Below, piece by piece: positions 1 to 7,976 of a DNA stretch of 64,000 nucleotides. The notes beneath the pieces were generated by a model that saw nothing but the letters and a program-made list of their open reading frames with translations, had not been told where the DNA came from and ran no database searches. A program made the position numbers and the translations under genes. The DNA comes from an uncultured Desulfocapsaceae bacterium (GTDB lineage Bacteria; Desulfobacterota; Desulfobulbia; Desulfobulbales; Desulfocapsaceae). Position 1 is the stretch's first letter. Each line of letters begins with the position of its first letter. The stretch spans positions 35,365 through 99,364 of the forward strand of contig CAZOWJ010000002.1 in NCBI GenBank assembly GCA_964583415.1, given 5' to 3'.

Positions 1-579
1 ATCTATTTTATCACTTCGGCGGCGATGTCCGGGTGTGTGGCAATTATTTTCTTTACCTATCTGGCCTATCGTGCGAACAACTGGAAGATGAGCGACGAGA
101 TGAAGCAGTCCTTGGAGAGTGTTGCCAAGCTCGGGGCGCTGATGATGGCGATCATCCTGTTTTTCACGAGCTGGAAGATGATAACCGGTATAACCGGCAA
201 CCCTCCGGGCAAGTATACGGCCATGATGGCGCTGATCAATGGACCCTATTCATTGAACTTCTGGATCGGAGAGGTTGGTCTTGGCATGATTATCCCGTTC
301 GTCCTGATCCTTGCGGTCCGCGGCCGAAATATGAGGGTTCTGTTTATAGCCTCGCTGGCCGGAATGATTGGTATCTTCTTCATGCGCTATGATCTGGTGA
401 TCATCGGTCAACTGGTTCCGCACTTTCATGGAATGGGGCTGGTAGATTACCCCGAGTTATTTACCTATGTGCCGACCTTTCATGAGTGGATGGTTACCCT
501 TGGGGGCATAGGGCTTTGCGGATTTCTATTCCTGGCCGGCGAGCGGTTGTTCCGTGGCCATCTGGGTGAAGATCACTGA
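1..579 (+). CDS. NrfD/PsrC-type polytopic membrane subunit of an oxidoreductase complex, C-terminal part (5' end outside the window)
   Basis: Frame 1 is open from base 1 (IYFITSAAMSGC...) to the stop at 577-579. It contains several hydrophobic helices. The family assignment rests on topology and composition resemblance only. Confidence 0.5.
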   Translation: MYFITSAAMSGCVAIIFFTYLAYRANNWKMSDEMKQSLESVAKLGALMMAIILFFTSWKMITGITGNPPGKYTAMMALINGPYSLNFWIGEVGLGMIIPFVLILAVRGRNMRVLFIASLAGMIGIFFMRYDLVIIGQLVPHFHGMGLVDYPELFTYVPTFHEWMVTLGGIGLCGFLFLAGERLFRGHLGEDH

Positions 580-706
580 GAGCAGGCAGGATAAAAAGGC
601 TTCGTTCTGAACTGGTCGTACCCCTTTTATCGGGAAGACCAGTTCCATAAATACCTCCTTGTCAATCATAGACACAATGTGTAGGTTGACTCTCGGAGGC
701 AAATAG

Positions 707-1156
707 ATGGCCAGAAAGAAAGTGGAAATACAACCAATTACCGCAGAAACGCCTGTTTATTCGATCGGTGTGGCAGCACAATTGTTAAATGTGCATCCAA
801 GAACACTGCGAATCTATGAGGATGAGGGGTTCGTAAAACCGGCTCGTAATGGTAATCGCCGTATCTTCTCTCAGAATGATTTAACCTGGATTTCCTGTAT
901 CAGGAAGATGATACATGAGGAAGGTATTTCCATACCCGGCATTAAAAAGCTTCTCCGCTATGCTCCATGCTGGGAAATAACAGACTGTCCCCGCGAGGTC
1001 TGTGAATCCTGCACCGCCCAGATCGATGTGGCGGTACCTCGATCCTTGAGAGTTGCTGGTGATAGAGATGCGGAGAAACGGGCGAAAGAAAAAGAAGTAG
1101 CTGCGCGTGAAAAAGATATCCAGGAAAAATCTGATAAAAAGACCTCCTCCAGCTAA
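707..1156 (+). CDS. MerR-family transcriptional regulator with a C-terminal Cys cluster
   Basis: N-terminal MerR HTH (YSIGVAAQLLNVHPRTLRIYEDEGFVKPARNGNRRIFSQNDL). Cys motif CWEITDCPREVCESC. Lys/Glu-rich tail. Confidence 0.8.
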   Translation: MARKKVEIQPITAETPVYSIGVAAQLLNVHPRTLRIYEDEGFVKPARNGNRRIFSQNDLTWISCIRKMIHEEGISIPGIKKLLRYAPCWEITDCPREVCESCTAQIDVAVPRSLRVAGDRDAEKRAKEKEVAAREKDIQEKSDKKTSSS

Positions 1157-1185
1157 TATCGCCCATCAATTGTCGAGGTCGTTTC

Positions 1186-1569
1186 ATGCCTGCTCAACCT
1201 GCTGATCTTGAGAACGTATCCACCTGGGTAAAATATTCGGCCAGATTATGTAAAACCTGTGTGGCCAATTGTTGTCGGTTGCCGGTAGAGACGAGGTTAC
1301 CTGATCTTGTGAGGATCGGAGTCGTTGACGAATTTGAGCTTGATGAGAATGCAAAACAAATTGCCAAACGTCTTAAAAAAGAAGGAGTTGTTGGGCATTT
1401 TTATCAAAAAAAAAAGCTCTTTACACTGACCCGTATGGCAAATGGTGATTGTCTGTTTCTTGACAGTATCAGCAGGAAATGCACGATTTACCAGAAGCGC
1501 CCGGAAACCTGTCGGAACCATCCACATATCGGACCACGTGCAGGATTTTGTGCCTTTTCGAAGATATAA
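1186..1569 (+). CDS. YkgJ-family (CxxCxxCC) zinc/iron-chelating cysteine-cluster protein
   Basis: The motif CKTCVANCC near the N-terminus and a second Cys group (CLFLD...CTIYQKRPETC) are typical of the UPF0153/YkgJ family. The gene starts 30 nt after the MerR gene. Confidence 0.7.
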   Translation: MPAQPADLENVSTWVKYSARLCKTCVANCCRLPVETRLPDLVRIGVVDEFELDENAKQIAKRLKKEGVVGHFYQKKKLFTLTRMANGDCLFLDSISRKCTIYQKRPETCRNHPHIGPRAGFCAFSKI

Positions 1570-1626
1570 TCCTGCTGTCCAGCACCACCAGTTTCAAATA
1601 GTCTGAGACAAGACTGACATTTTTTA

Positions 1627-1856
1627 GGCTCTTCCGGTAAACGAGTACCTCAATGTTGTAATCATCATTCAGTTGTCCATCAAATTGCCTCTGCTCGCCG
1701 CCTGGCATACTTCTTTTTTTGTCCAAAAAGAAGTATGGAGAAAAAGACAACCGATGATGCCGACCCTGCGGGCTCCCCTGTGCTGCTCTGTGGCATCAAA
1801 CGGGGGGCACTCAATATGCGCGGCCCTGCTTCCGGTAGGCGTTTTCCGGAAGAACC
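1627..1856 (+). repeat. Copy A of an unclassified ~230-310 bp element with imperfect terminal inverted repeats (MITE-like, or a structured RNA)
   Basis: About 80% identical to 6232-6540 in the same orientation. Ends are GGCTCTTCCGGTAAACG (1627-1643) and CGTTTTCCGGAAGAACC (1840-1856), which are reverse complements with 2 mismatches. Internal hairpin CATACTTCTTTTT/AAAAAGAAGTATG. Confidence 0.6.
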
Positions 1857-2032
1857 TCTTCTTGTGAAAATCTCCTTTAATCATCTATCTTTTCTTATTA
1901 TATCTAAACGATTAGTGTAAGGTAGCGGTTCAATTTGGATATGAATGAACCTGCTTGTAATCTGTGAAGTATATGAAGGTTGCTTTCTGACAAATTTAAA
2001 ATAACCAAAAATCAGTTCTTGAGGAGATTTTC

Positions 2033-2542
2033 ATGGAAGAGCAATCATATGTTATTACCATGCTGGTGGCAAACAAACCGGGTGTTACTTCCAGGGTTAC
2101 CGGCCTGTTTTCCGGTCGGGGATATAACATGGAAAGCATTTGCGGCGCACCGACTCATGATCCGGAAGTATCTAGAATAACAATAAAAACAAAGGCAACT
2201 TCGGATCAGTTTGAAGAAATTCAGAAGCAGCTCAACCGCCTTATCGATGTGATAAAGTTACGGGATATGACGATTGAAGACAAGGCCGTGAAACGGGAGA
2301 TGGCGCTGGCCAGTGTGGTTGTCACCCCGCAAAACAGGACGGAAGTGATTCAGCTGGTAGATATTTTCAATGCAAAAATTGTCAATGCCGGAGCTGACTC
2401 ATATATAATAGAGATCACCGGAACTGAAGATAAAATTGATGCGCTGGTGAAGCTGCTCAAGCCGCTGGGTATAAAAAAGCTGACCAGGTCAGGTATCCTG
2501 GCTCTTTATCGTGAACTGGATGAGTCTCATCTGGCAGGTTAA
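2033..2542 (+). CDS. ilvN: Acetolactate synthase small (regulatory, ACT-domain) subunit
   Basis: The sequence YVITMLVANKPGVTSRVTGLFSGRGYNMESI..ITIKT is the classic IlvN/IlvH ACT domain. 169 aa. RBS GAGGAG upstream. Confidence 0.85.
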   Translation: MEEQSYVITMLVANKPGVTSRVTGLFSGRGYNMESICGAPTHDPEVSRITIKTKATSDQFEEIQKQLNRLIDVIKLRDMTIEDKAVKREMALASVVVTPQNRTEVIQLVDIFNAKIVNAGADSYIIEITGTEDKIDALVKLLKPLGIKKLTRSGILALYRELDESHLAG

Positions 2543-2566
2543 ATTTCTCCTTACTAATTCAGCTGG

Positions 2567-3742
2567 ATGATAGGATCTATGGATCAGAAAAAATGTGCCG
2601 CCAGGATGGATAAGATTGTACCATTCTATGTCATGGAGCTGTTGGCTCGTGCGAAAGAACTTGAAGCACGCGGTGTGTCGGTTATTCACATGGAAGTCGG
2701 TGAACCCGATTTTACAACAGCCCGACCGGTGATCGAAGCCGGGAAACGTGCCATGGATGCAGGTCATACCGGCTATACTCCGGCCACAGGCATTCCTCAG
2801 CTGAAAGAGGCGATAGCCCAACACTATCGGAACTGGTTCGAGATTGATATTGATCCCCGGCGAATTATTATAACCCCGGGTTCTTCAGGAGCGCTGCAGC
2901 TGATATTGGGCGTGCTGGTCGATCCGGGCAGAGAAGTCTTGATGACAGATCCCGGCTATCCCTGCAATAAAAATTTTGTGGAATTTTTTTCAGGAGTGCC
3001 GAAACCCATCCCGGTTGGCCCCGAAAATGGATATCAGCTGGATAGTGAACAGGTTGAAAACGGGTGGAGCGAATCGACCTGTGCGGCTCTGGTGGCTACC
3101 CCTTCAAACCCCACCGGAACACTGTTGCCGCGCGATGAACTGGGCCGAATTCATAATGTTGTCAGCTCCAAAGGTGGTATGCTTATCGTCGATGAGATCT
3201 ACCAGGGACTTGTTTACGGTACTGACAACTATACTGCCCTGGGTCTTGGCGATGATCTTTTTGTATTGAACAGTTTTTCTAAATATTTTGGTATGACCGG
3301 CTGGCGACTTGGATGGCTGGTTGCCCCGGAAGCCTATCTTGATCATCTTGACTGCCTGGCCCAGAATATTTTTCTGTCCTGCTCTGCCCCTGCGCAGTAC
3401 GCAGCCCTTGATGCTTTTAGCCCACAATGTTATGAAATTTTCAGGAATCGGCGTGATGAGTTTAAAAAGAGAAGGGATTTCCTGCTACCGGCCCTGGAAT
3501 CTCTCGGTTTCGAGATCCCGGTGAAGCCGGAAGGTGCCTTTTATCTCTATACCAACTGTTCCAAGCTGACCGAAGACAGTTTCAAGTTTTGCTATGAACT
3601 GCTGGAAGCGGAAGGTGTGGCAATAACTCCTGGTAAGGACTTTGGTGCCAACAGGCCGGAGGAACATATTCGTTTTGCCTATACGACCAGTATTGAACGC
3701 ATGGCGGAGGCGGTAGAGAGATTGCGGCGCTTTATTGGTTGA
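2567..3742 (+). CDS. Class I/II pyridoxal-phosphate aminotransferase (aspartate/aromatic type)
   Basis: Motifs PFYVMELL, EPDF, TPGSSGAL, NPTG and SFSKYFGMTGWRLGW (PLP-Lys motif). The true start may be ATG 2579 or 2606. Confidence 0.85.
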   Translation: MIGSMDQKKCAARMDKIVPFYVMELLARAKELEARGVSVIHMEVGEPDFTTARPVIEAGKRAMDAGHTGYTPATGIPQLKEAIAQHYRNWFEIDIDPRRIIITPGSSGALQLILGVLVDPGREVLMTDPGYPCNKNFVEFFSGVPKPIPVGPENGYQLDSEQVENGWSESTCAALVATPSNPTGTLLPRDELGRIHNVVSSKGGMLIVDEIYQGLVYGTDNYTALGLGDDLFVLNSFSKYFGMTGWRLGWLVAPEAYLDHLDCLAQNIFLSCSAPAQYAALDAFSPQCYEIFRNRRDEFKKRRDFLLPALESLGFEIPVKPEGAFYLYTNCSKLTEDSFKFCYELLEAEGVAITPGKDFGANRPEEHIRFAYTTSIERMAEAVERLRRFIG

Positions 3743-3920
3743 TTTATCATTTTCTCTGCCTGCTGACTATTGAGGGCAGAGCCAGCAATGGAACAAACCT
3801 TGTATATCTGGTGAGAAGTACTACTTGACTGAAAGCAGAACATATAATAGTTGTCGGCTTTTTGCATGTTGATCCACTCATGAGATACTATTAAATATCA
3901 GATTTTAAAGGAGAATTGTT

Positions 3921-5627
3921 ATGAACAATGCCCAGATTTTGGCAAAAAGTTTCGCTGACCTGGGTGTCAAGCGGGTTTTTGGTTTTTCAGGCGCGACAAT
4001 ATTACCGGTTTTTCACGCCATCGAAGAGTGCGGTATCGATATCGTCGTAGATGCCAATGAGCAGTCTTGTGCCTTTGCAGCAGGTGGCTATTCCCGGGCC
4101 AGTAATGAGGTCGGCATTGCGGTTGTTACCTCAGGTCCTGCAATAACCAATACCCTTACTGCCGTTGCCGATGCAAATGCTGACTCGGTTCCACTGCTGG
4201 TTTTTGCCGGGCAGGTCGCTCAGACCAAGATGGGGACAGATGAATTCCAGACCATTAATGTTGCAAGTATTTTTGCTGATGCTGCCAAAAAAGTGATTCT
4301 GGTTACTGAGTTGCAAAATGTTGAGGAGATTGTTAAGGATGCCTATTTTCTGGCGAAATCTGGAAAACCCGGACCAGTGGTCATTGATTTTCCGTTTGAT
4401 ATCCAGAAATCTGACGGCGAATATAAGTCCATTGAGTCGGCACGATTTCGTTATAAATACGATGAAGAACGACACCTGGGAGATAACCAGTGTCGCCAGT
4501 TCTTTGATCTGCTGCAAAAAGCCAAACGCCCGCTTCTCTATATCGGCGGCGGACTTAACTCTACAGCGGCAAGTGAACGAATACGTGCCTTTAACCGACG
4601 CTATAGAGTTCCTTCCATCTGGAGTTTGATGGGTAAGGGCATATTGAATGAGGCAGGTGACTGGGCTCTCGGCATGCTCGGTATGTTTGGTGTTCCGGCC
4701 GCAAATATGGCTATTCAGCAGACGGACCTGTTTGTTGCTTTTGGAATTCGCTGGGATGATCGTGTGTCTCAAAAAGTTGGTGAATCCGGCCTTGCTGCAG
4801 ACATTGCCTATTTTGACATAAATCCCGAGAAAGTGCAGGAGGTACGTTTTTCACGAAATCCAAAGTTCTCTTTTATCGGCAAAGCGGAAACCGCCCTGGA
4901 TGATCTGCTAAAATATGCAGAGGAGCACGACATCCAATTGGATATCGGTGAATGGCAGGAGCAGACCCGCCGCTTGAAGGAAGACCACCCACTTAACTTT
5001 GACAGAGAGTCAAAAGATATTCAGCAGGCCGAGGTAATGGAGTTGCTTTCAGGCCATATTACAGAGAATACCAAAATCACCACCGGTGTCGGCAACCATC
5101 AGATGTTTGCCGCCCAACACCTGATGACCTTGACACCAAAATCGTTCATAACATCAGGTGGATATGGAACAATGGGCTTTTCCCTACCGACCGCAATCGG
5201 TGCTCAGTATGCCAACCCTGAGGCGACGATAATTTCGATAGATGGTGACGGCAGTATGCTGATGAACCTTGGAGAACTGTTCACTATTGGAAAGTATGAA
5301 TTACCGGTTAAGGTTTTGATGCTGAATAATCATGGTGACTGTATGGTGAGAAACATTCAGGACCTCATGTATGGAGGGAGTTATGTTGGTACAAAGAAAA
5401 TAACCTCTGTCAGCTTTGCCAATGTAGCCGGTGAGCTGGGCTTTCGTTTTGCCCATCGTGTTGAGGATCGCAAGGAGCTGAAAGGGAGTCTGAAAGCGTT
5501 TATTGAAGCAGAAGGCCCGTCATTTCTGGAAGTGGTCACCGACGTTGACGAGATGCTCTATCCTCGAATTCCTGGGGGACTCGGGTATAAAGATATGATT
5601 CTTGGACCGCATATGGAGAAGAAATAG
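3921..5627 (+). CDS. ilvB: Thiamine-diphosphate enzyme of the acetolactate synthase large-subunit family (divergent)
   Basis: Motifs TSGPAITNTLTAVADANADSVPLLVFAGQV, GTDEFQ, GPVVIDFPFD, and a ThDP motif IDGDGSMLMNLGEL..NN. It has ANEQ where canonical ALS has RHEQ. RBS AAGGAG. Confidence 0.7.
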   Translation: MNNAQILAKSFADLGVKRVFGFSGATILPVFHAIEECGIDIVVDANEQSCAFAAGGYSRASNEVGIAVVTSGPAITNTLTAVADANADSVPLLVFAGQVAQTKMGTDEFQTINVASIFADAAKKVILVTELQNVEEIVKDAYFLAKSGKPGPVVIDFPFDIQKSDGEYKSIESARFRYKYDEERHLGDNQCRQFFDLLQKAKRPLLYIGGGLNSTAASERIRAFNRRYRVPSIWSLMGKGILNEAGDWALGMLGMFGVPAANMAIQQTDLFVAFGIRWDDRVSQKVGESGLAADIAYFDINPEKVQEVRFSRNPKFSFIGKAETALDDLLKYAEEHDIQLDIGEWQEQTRRLKEDHPLNFDRESKDIQQAEVMELLSGHITENTKITTGVGNHQMFAAQHLMTLTPKSFITSGGYGTMGFSLPTAIGAQYANPEATIISIDGDGSMLMNLGELFTIGKYELPVKVLMLNNHGDCMVRNIQDLMYGGSYVGTKKITSVSFANVAGELGFRFAHRVEDRKELKGSLKAFIEAEGPSFLEVVTDVDEMLYPRIPGGLGYKDMILGPHMEKK

Positions 5628-5663
5628 CAAAACAATTAAGACATAGTCATAAAAGAATCTATC

Positions 5664-5714
5664 AGCTCAATTGTGGATGTTGCCTTGAATATCCGCAATT
5701 GAGCTTTTTTTTTT
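5664..5714 (+). terminator. Rho-independent terminator after the ALS-like gene
   Basis: AGCTCAATTG ... CAATTGAGCT forms a 10-bp stem followed by T10. Confidence 0.7.
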
Positions 5715-5865
5715 AAGTATAGAAATAGTTTGTTCCCGTTAAACTCCTATCAAAGATGTGCAGGAAACAACGCTTGCTCTATTCTATATTTTTCATGAGA
5801 TTATAAAACTATTTATGGTGTTGAATCTGATGGTTTTTACTGGGTAGCGGGTAAGGGGGCTTTTC

Positions 5866-6207
5866 TCAGAGAAATTCTAATATTTGGTCTAGAGCTGCTT
5901 GTTGATCTCGGGATAATTTTTCACAAAACTTAGCACCTAGAATTACTTCATACATAGAAGAAGTGTCCTGTCCCTCATTAGTAGCTAACCAGATCTTTTC
6001 CAATGGAATATTAAAAATATGTAAACCAGCATTGTTGAAGATGTCGACATTCAAGGTATTTGGAATTTTGCTGCCAGAGGTGCATCCAAAAGCAATGCCC
6101 TCTGAACTTAGATTGAAAATTTGACAAATACTCTCCCGGTTTACGATGAAAGTATCGACAATCTTGTGCCTTAGATGCTTTCTGGATTCACGGTAATCTA
6201 GTGCCAT
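5866..6207 (-). CDS. PilZ-domain (c-di-GMP binding) protein
   Basis: RESRKHLRH (RxxxR-type) followed by NLSSEGIAF (D/NxSxxG) fits PilZ. I chose the start at MALDYRE. The longer ORF to 6288 runs into repeat copy B. Confidence 0.6.
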   Translation of the reverse strand: MALDYRESRKHLRHKIVDTFIVNRESICQIFNLSSEGIAFGCTSGSKIPNTLNVDIFNNAGLHIFNIPLEKIWLATNEGQDTSSMYEVILGAKFCEKLSRDQQAALDQILEFL

Positions 6208-6231
6208 GATGTTTGCAATTTGTAAATATTT

Positions 6232-6540
6232 GGCTATTCCGGTAATCAAATACATCGATAATATAATCATCATTCGGTTGTTCATCAAATTGCCTTTGCT
6301 CGCCGCCTGGTGGCAGGCTTCTTTTGCTTGTCCAAATGAAGTATGGAGAAAAAGACACCCGACGATGCCGTTCCTGCGGGCTCCCCTGCGCTGCCCACCA
6401 GTGGCGGGACACCAAAGACTGGATGATGCTCAGACAGGTTTGGCGCTTTATTACGTCATCAGCTTTGCTGCTCGGCGGCATCAAACGGGGGCAGCCAATA
6501 TGCGCCTTCCTGTTTCAGGTAAGCGTTTTCCAGAAGGGCC
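6232..6540 (+). repeat. Copy B of the TIR-bearing element, with an ~80-nt internal insertion relative to copy A
   Basis: Ends are GGCTATTCCGGTAATC (6232-6247) and GCGTTTTCCAGAAGGGCC (6523-6540). The conserved core is TTGCCT.TGCTCGCCGCCTGG...AAGTATGGAGAAAAAGACA.CCGA.GATGCCG..CCTGCGGGCTCCCCTG.GCTGC...GGCATCAAACGGGGG. The extra sequence lies between the GATGCC and GGCATC arms. Confidence 0.6.
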
Positions 6541-6713
6541 ATAAATTTACTCTATCCTCTCTTACCCCAGCCTCCTCGGTGTTGAACGGTACCCTTCTTC
6601 ATAAAAATGCTTATTCTCTTCATTGTGTACGTGCGGGTCTTCTGGCTACAGCTCCTCGGGAGCGGTTTTCACCAGTTTAAACCGATAATATCCGGATACA
6701 TGAGGAGGTCGAG

Positions 6714-7250
6714 ATGGTCCAGTATCAGATTTCTGTTGAAGAGTTTGGTTCCCTTAGCGCTTATGATGATCGTGAAGAGGCAGTCCAACTTTCCACATTG
6801 TGGCAGAAGGGGACCGCCGTTTTGGTCTTTGTGCGTCATTTTGGCTGAGTAATTTGCCGTCAGCAGGTTGCTGAATTGGCTGGCTACCAGGATGATTTTT
6901 CAAAGCGAGGGGCGCAGCTTGCTGTCGTCGGTAATGGCAGTGTCAAGGATTTGAAAAAATTTAGAAACGTCACAGGTTACCGGGGCATTCTGCTCACCGA
7001 TCCCTCCCGGGACTCCTATAAATTTTTAAAGTTTAAAAGCGGTCTAACCGATATCATCGGGATGAAATCCTTCACTCAGGGTTTTTCGGCTCTAAGATCG
7101 GGTTTCATGCCCGGTTCGCTTCAGGGTCATGCCCTGCAGCTTGGTGGTGCCGTCGTTGTCGTGCCGGAGGGCAACATCACCTACTTCTTCAAAAGCTCTG
7201 CGGCAGGCGATCACCCGCCTGTTGAGACTCTGCTGGCGGCCGTAGGGTAA
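6714..7250 (+). CDS. Peroxiredoxin-like (AhpC/TSA_2, PRXL2-type) thiol oxidoreductase with in-frame UGA, a candidate selenoprotein with a UxxC redox motif
   Basis: ATG 6714 follows RBS GAGGAGG. The frame is open except for TGA at 6846-6848. The translation reads ...GTAVLVFVRHFG-U-VICRQQVAEL..., where the family consensus is FLRHFGCxxCR. The track's ORF 6876-7250 is only the C-terminal part (QLGGAVVVVPEGNITYFFKSSAAGDHPP). Confidence 0.7.
6856..6880 (+). promoter_or_regulatory. Candidate bacterial SECIS hairpin
   Basis: GCC-g-TCAGC AGGTT GCTGA-att-GGC begins 8 nt after the UGA. The apical loop AGGUU contains G-U and lies 17-21 nt downstream of the UGA. Confidence 0.45.
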
Positions 7251-7563
7251 TTATCGTAGTACATTTGAAAACATACAACCAGCGGCATGCCGCCATCAAG
7301 GAAAAGGAACCTGTCAGGACGAGACCTGGCCGTTGCATGGGTTTAGTATACCTCTCGAGCCATACAGAGATATTTTGCCACCGAATCGGAGATGTAGGCA
7401 TCTTCACTTTTGTTTTTTGGAAATTCACTAAACGGATTGCCCACAATTTTAAGCAAGGATCAGTTCCTGTAACGCTTAGGTGGAAGTGTTCTAACATTTC
7501 GTTGTCAGATAAGATAAGAACCTCAGTCCGAAGTTTGTCAGACTGAAGCTTGGTTTCTGCAAA

Positions 7564-7866
7564 TTAAGGTATCCAGAGGAATTGTTCCAGGTCAACCCTG
7601 CCGTCGGTGAGAAAAACAGACTCCTGCTCGAGAAGCTGTTCCTGGGTGAGATGGCTCATTGATTTTCGCGGGGGTATTTCACCTTTAACATTTACCACTC
7701 GATGCCAGGGCAGATTGTACCTATCTGAACTAGAGTGCAGGATTCTTGCGACCTGTCGGGCACCGCAATGGTTTCCTGCTGAGGCAGCGATCAATCCGTA
7801 GGTTGTTACCTTGCCGCACGGTATTCTGCCGATAATCGAAATGACCTGTTGTGTGAATTGCTGCAT
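7564..7866 (-). CDS. atl: Alkyltransferase-like (ATL) protein, MGMT-fold without the acceptor Cys
   Basis: IPCGKVTTYGLIA..GARQVARIL...LPWHRVVN carries the PWHRV motif (Trp replaces the PCHRV Cys), as in E. coli YbaZ/Atl. 100 aa. Confidence 0.75.
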   Translation of the reverse strand: MQQFTQQVISIIGRIPCGKVTTYGLIAASAGNHCGARQVARILHSSSDRYNLPWHRVVNVKGEIPPRKSMSHLTQEQLLEQESVFLTDGRVDLEQFLWIP

Positions 7867-7976
7867 TCCGTATTTGCCCCGGTTTGTTCTTCGAGGGAGA
7901 TCACAGGACCTGATCAGGGAAGACTCTTAAGAAAAAAACAACAAATCTGATATTCTTCCTGCAGGTGGAGGCCACT

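Noticed and set aside
1406-1415. An A10 homopolymer lies inside ykgJ (codons QKKKK) and could be a slipped-strand phase-variation tract.
   Set aside because: The frame is intact, and a single sequence gives no evidence of length variation. Lys runs are common.
1690-1790. GCCGCCTGG and CCGATGATGCC in the repeat resemble the ZTP (pfl) 3' element CCGCCUGGGC and the fluoride (crcB) 3' element CUGAUGAUGCC.
   Set aside because: The partner 5' elements are missing (GGGUCGUGAC/ACCGGGCGGA for ZTP, the GGCGAUG P1 and pseudoknot for crcB). The downstream genes (ilvN, a Prx-like gene) do not fit either regulon.
4131-4772. Long antisense or out-of-frame ORFs inside confidently assigned genes. Examples are 4131-4772 (minus), 8510-8863 (minus), 14940-15452 (minus), 21460-21957 (plus), 40131-40397 (minus) and 51844-52251 (plus).
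   Set aside because: They overlap genes with clear family motifs on the other strand or frame. They lack RBSs and have low-complexity or Arg/Ser/Cys-rich composition typical of shadow ORFs.
6395-6420. A cobalamin-riboswitch-like CCCGCCACTGG string lies on the minus strand inside repeat copy B, upstream of the PilZ gene.
   Set aside because: It occurs only in the copy-B insertion. The B12 box and the GGGAA/GGTG core elements are absent, and copy A lacks the string entirely.
1627-6540. The two repeat copies could be a diversity-generating retroelement TR/VR pair or a retron.
   Set aside because: There is no reverse transcriptase gene in the window. The mismatches between copies are not adenine-specific and include indels.
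7300-7470. A short minus-strand frame (...IVGNPFSEFPKNKSEDAYISDSVAKYLCMAREVY*) begins right after a TGA. It could be a second Sec-containing gene downstream of the ATL gene.
   Set aside because: It is only ~38 codons. No family motif aligns at the TGA, there is no upstream coding continuation, and there is no SECIS-like hairpin.
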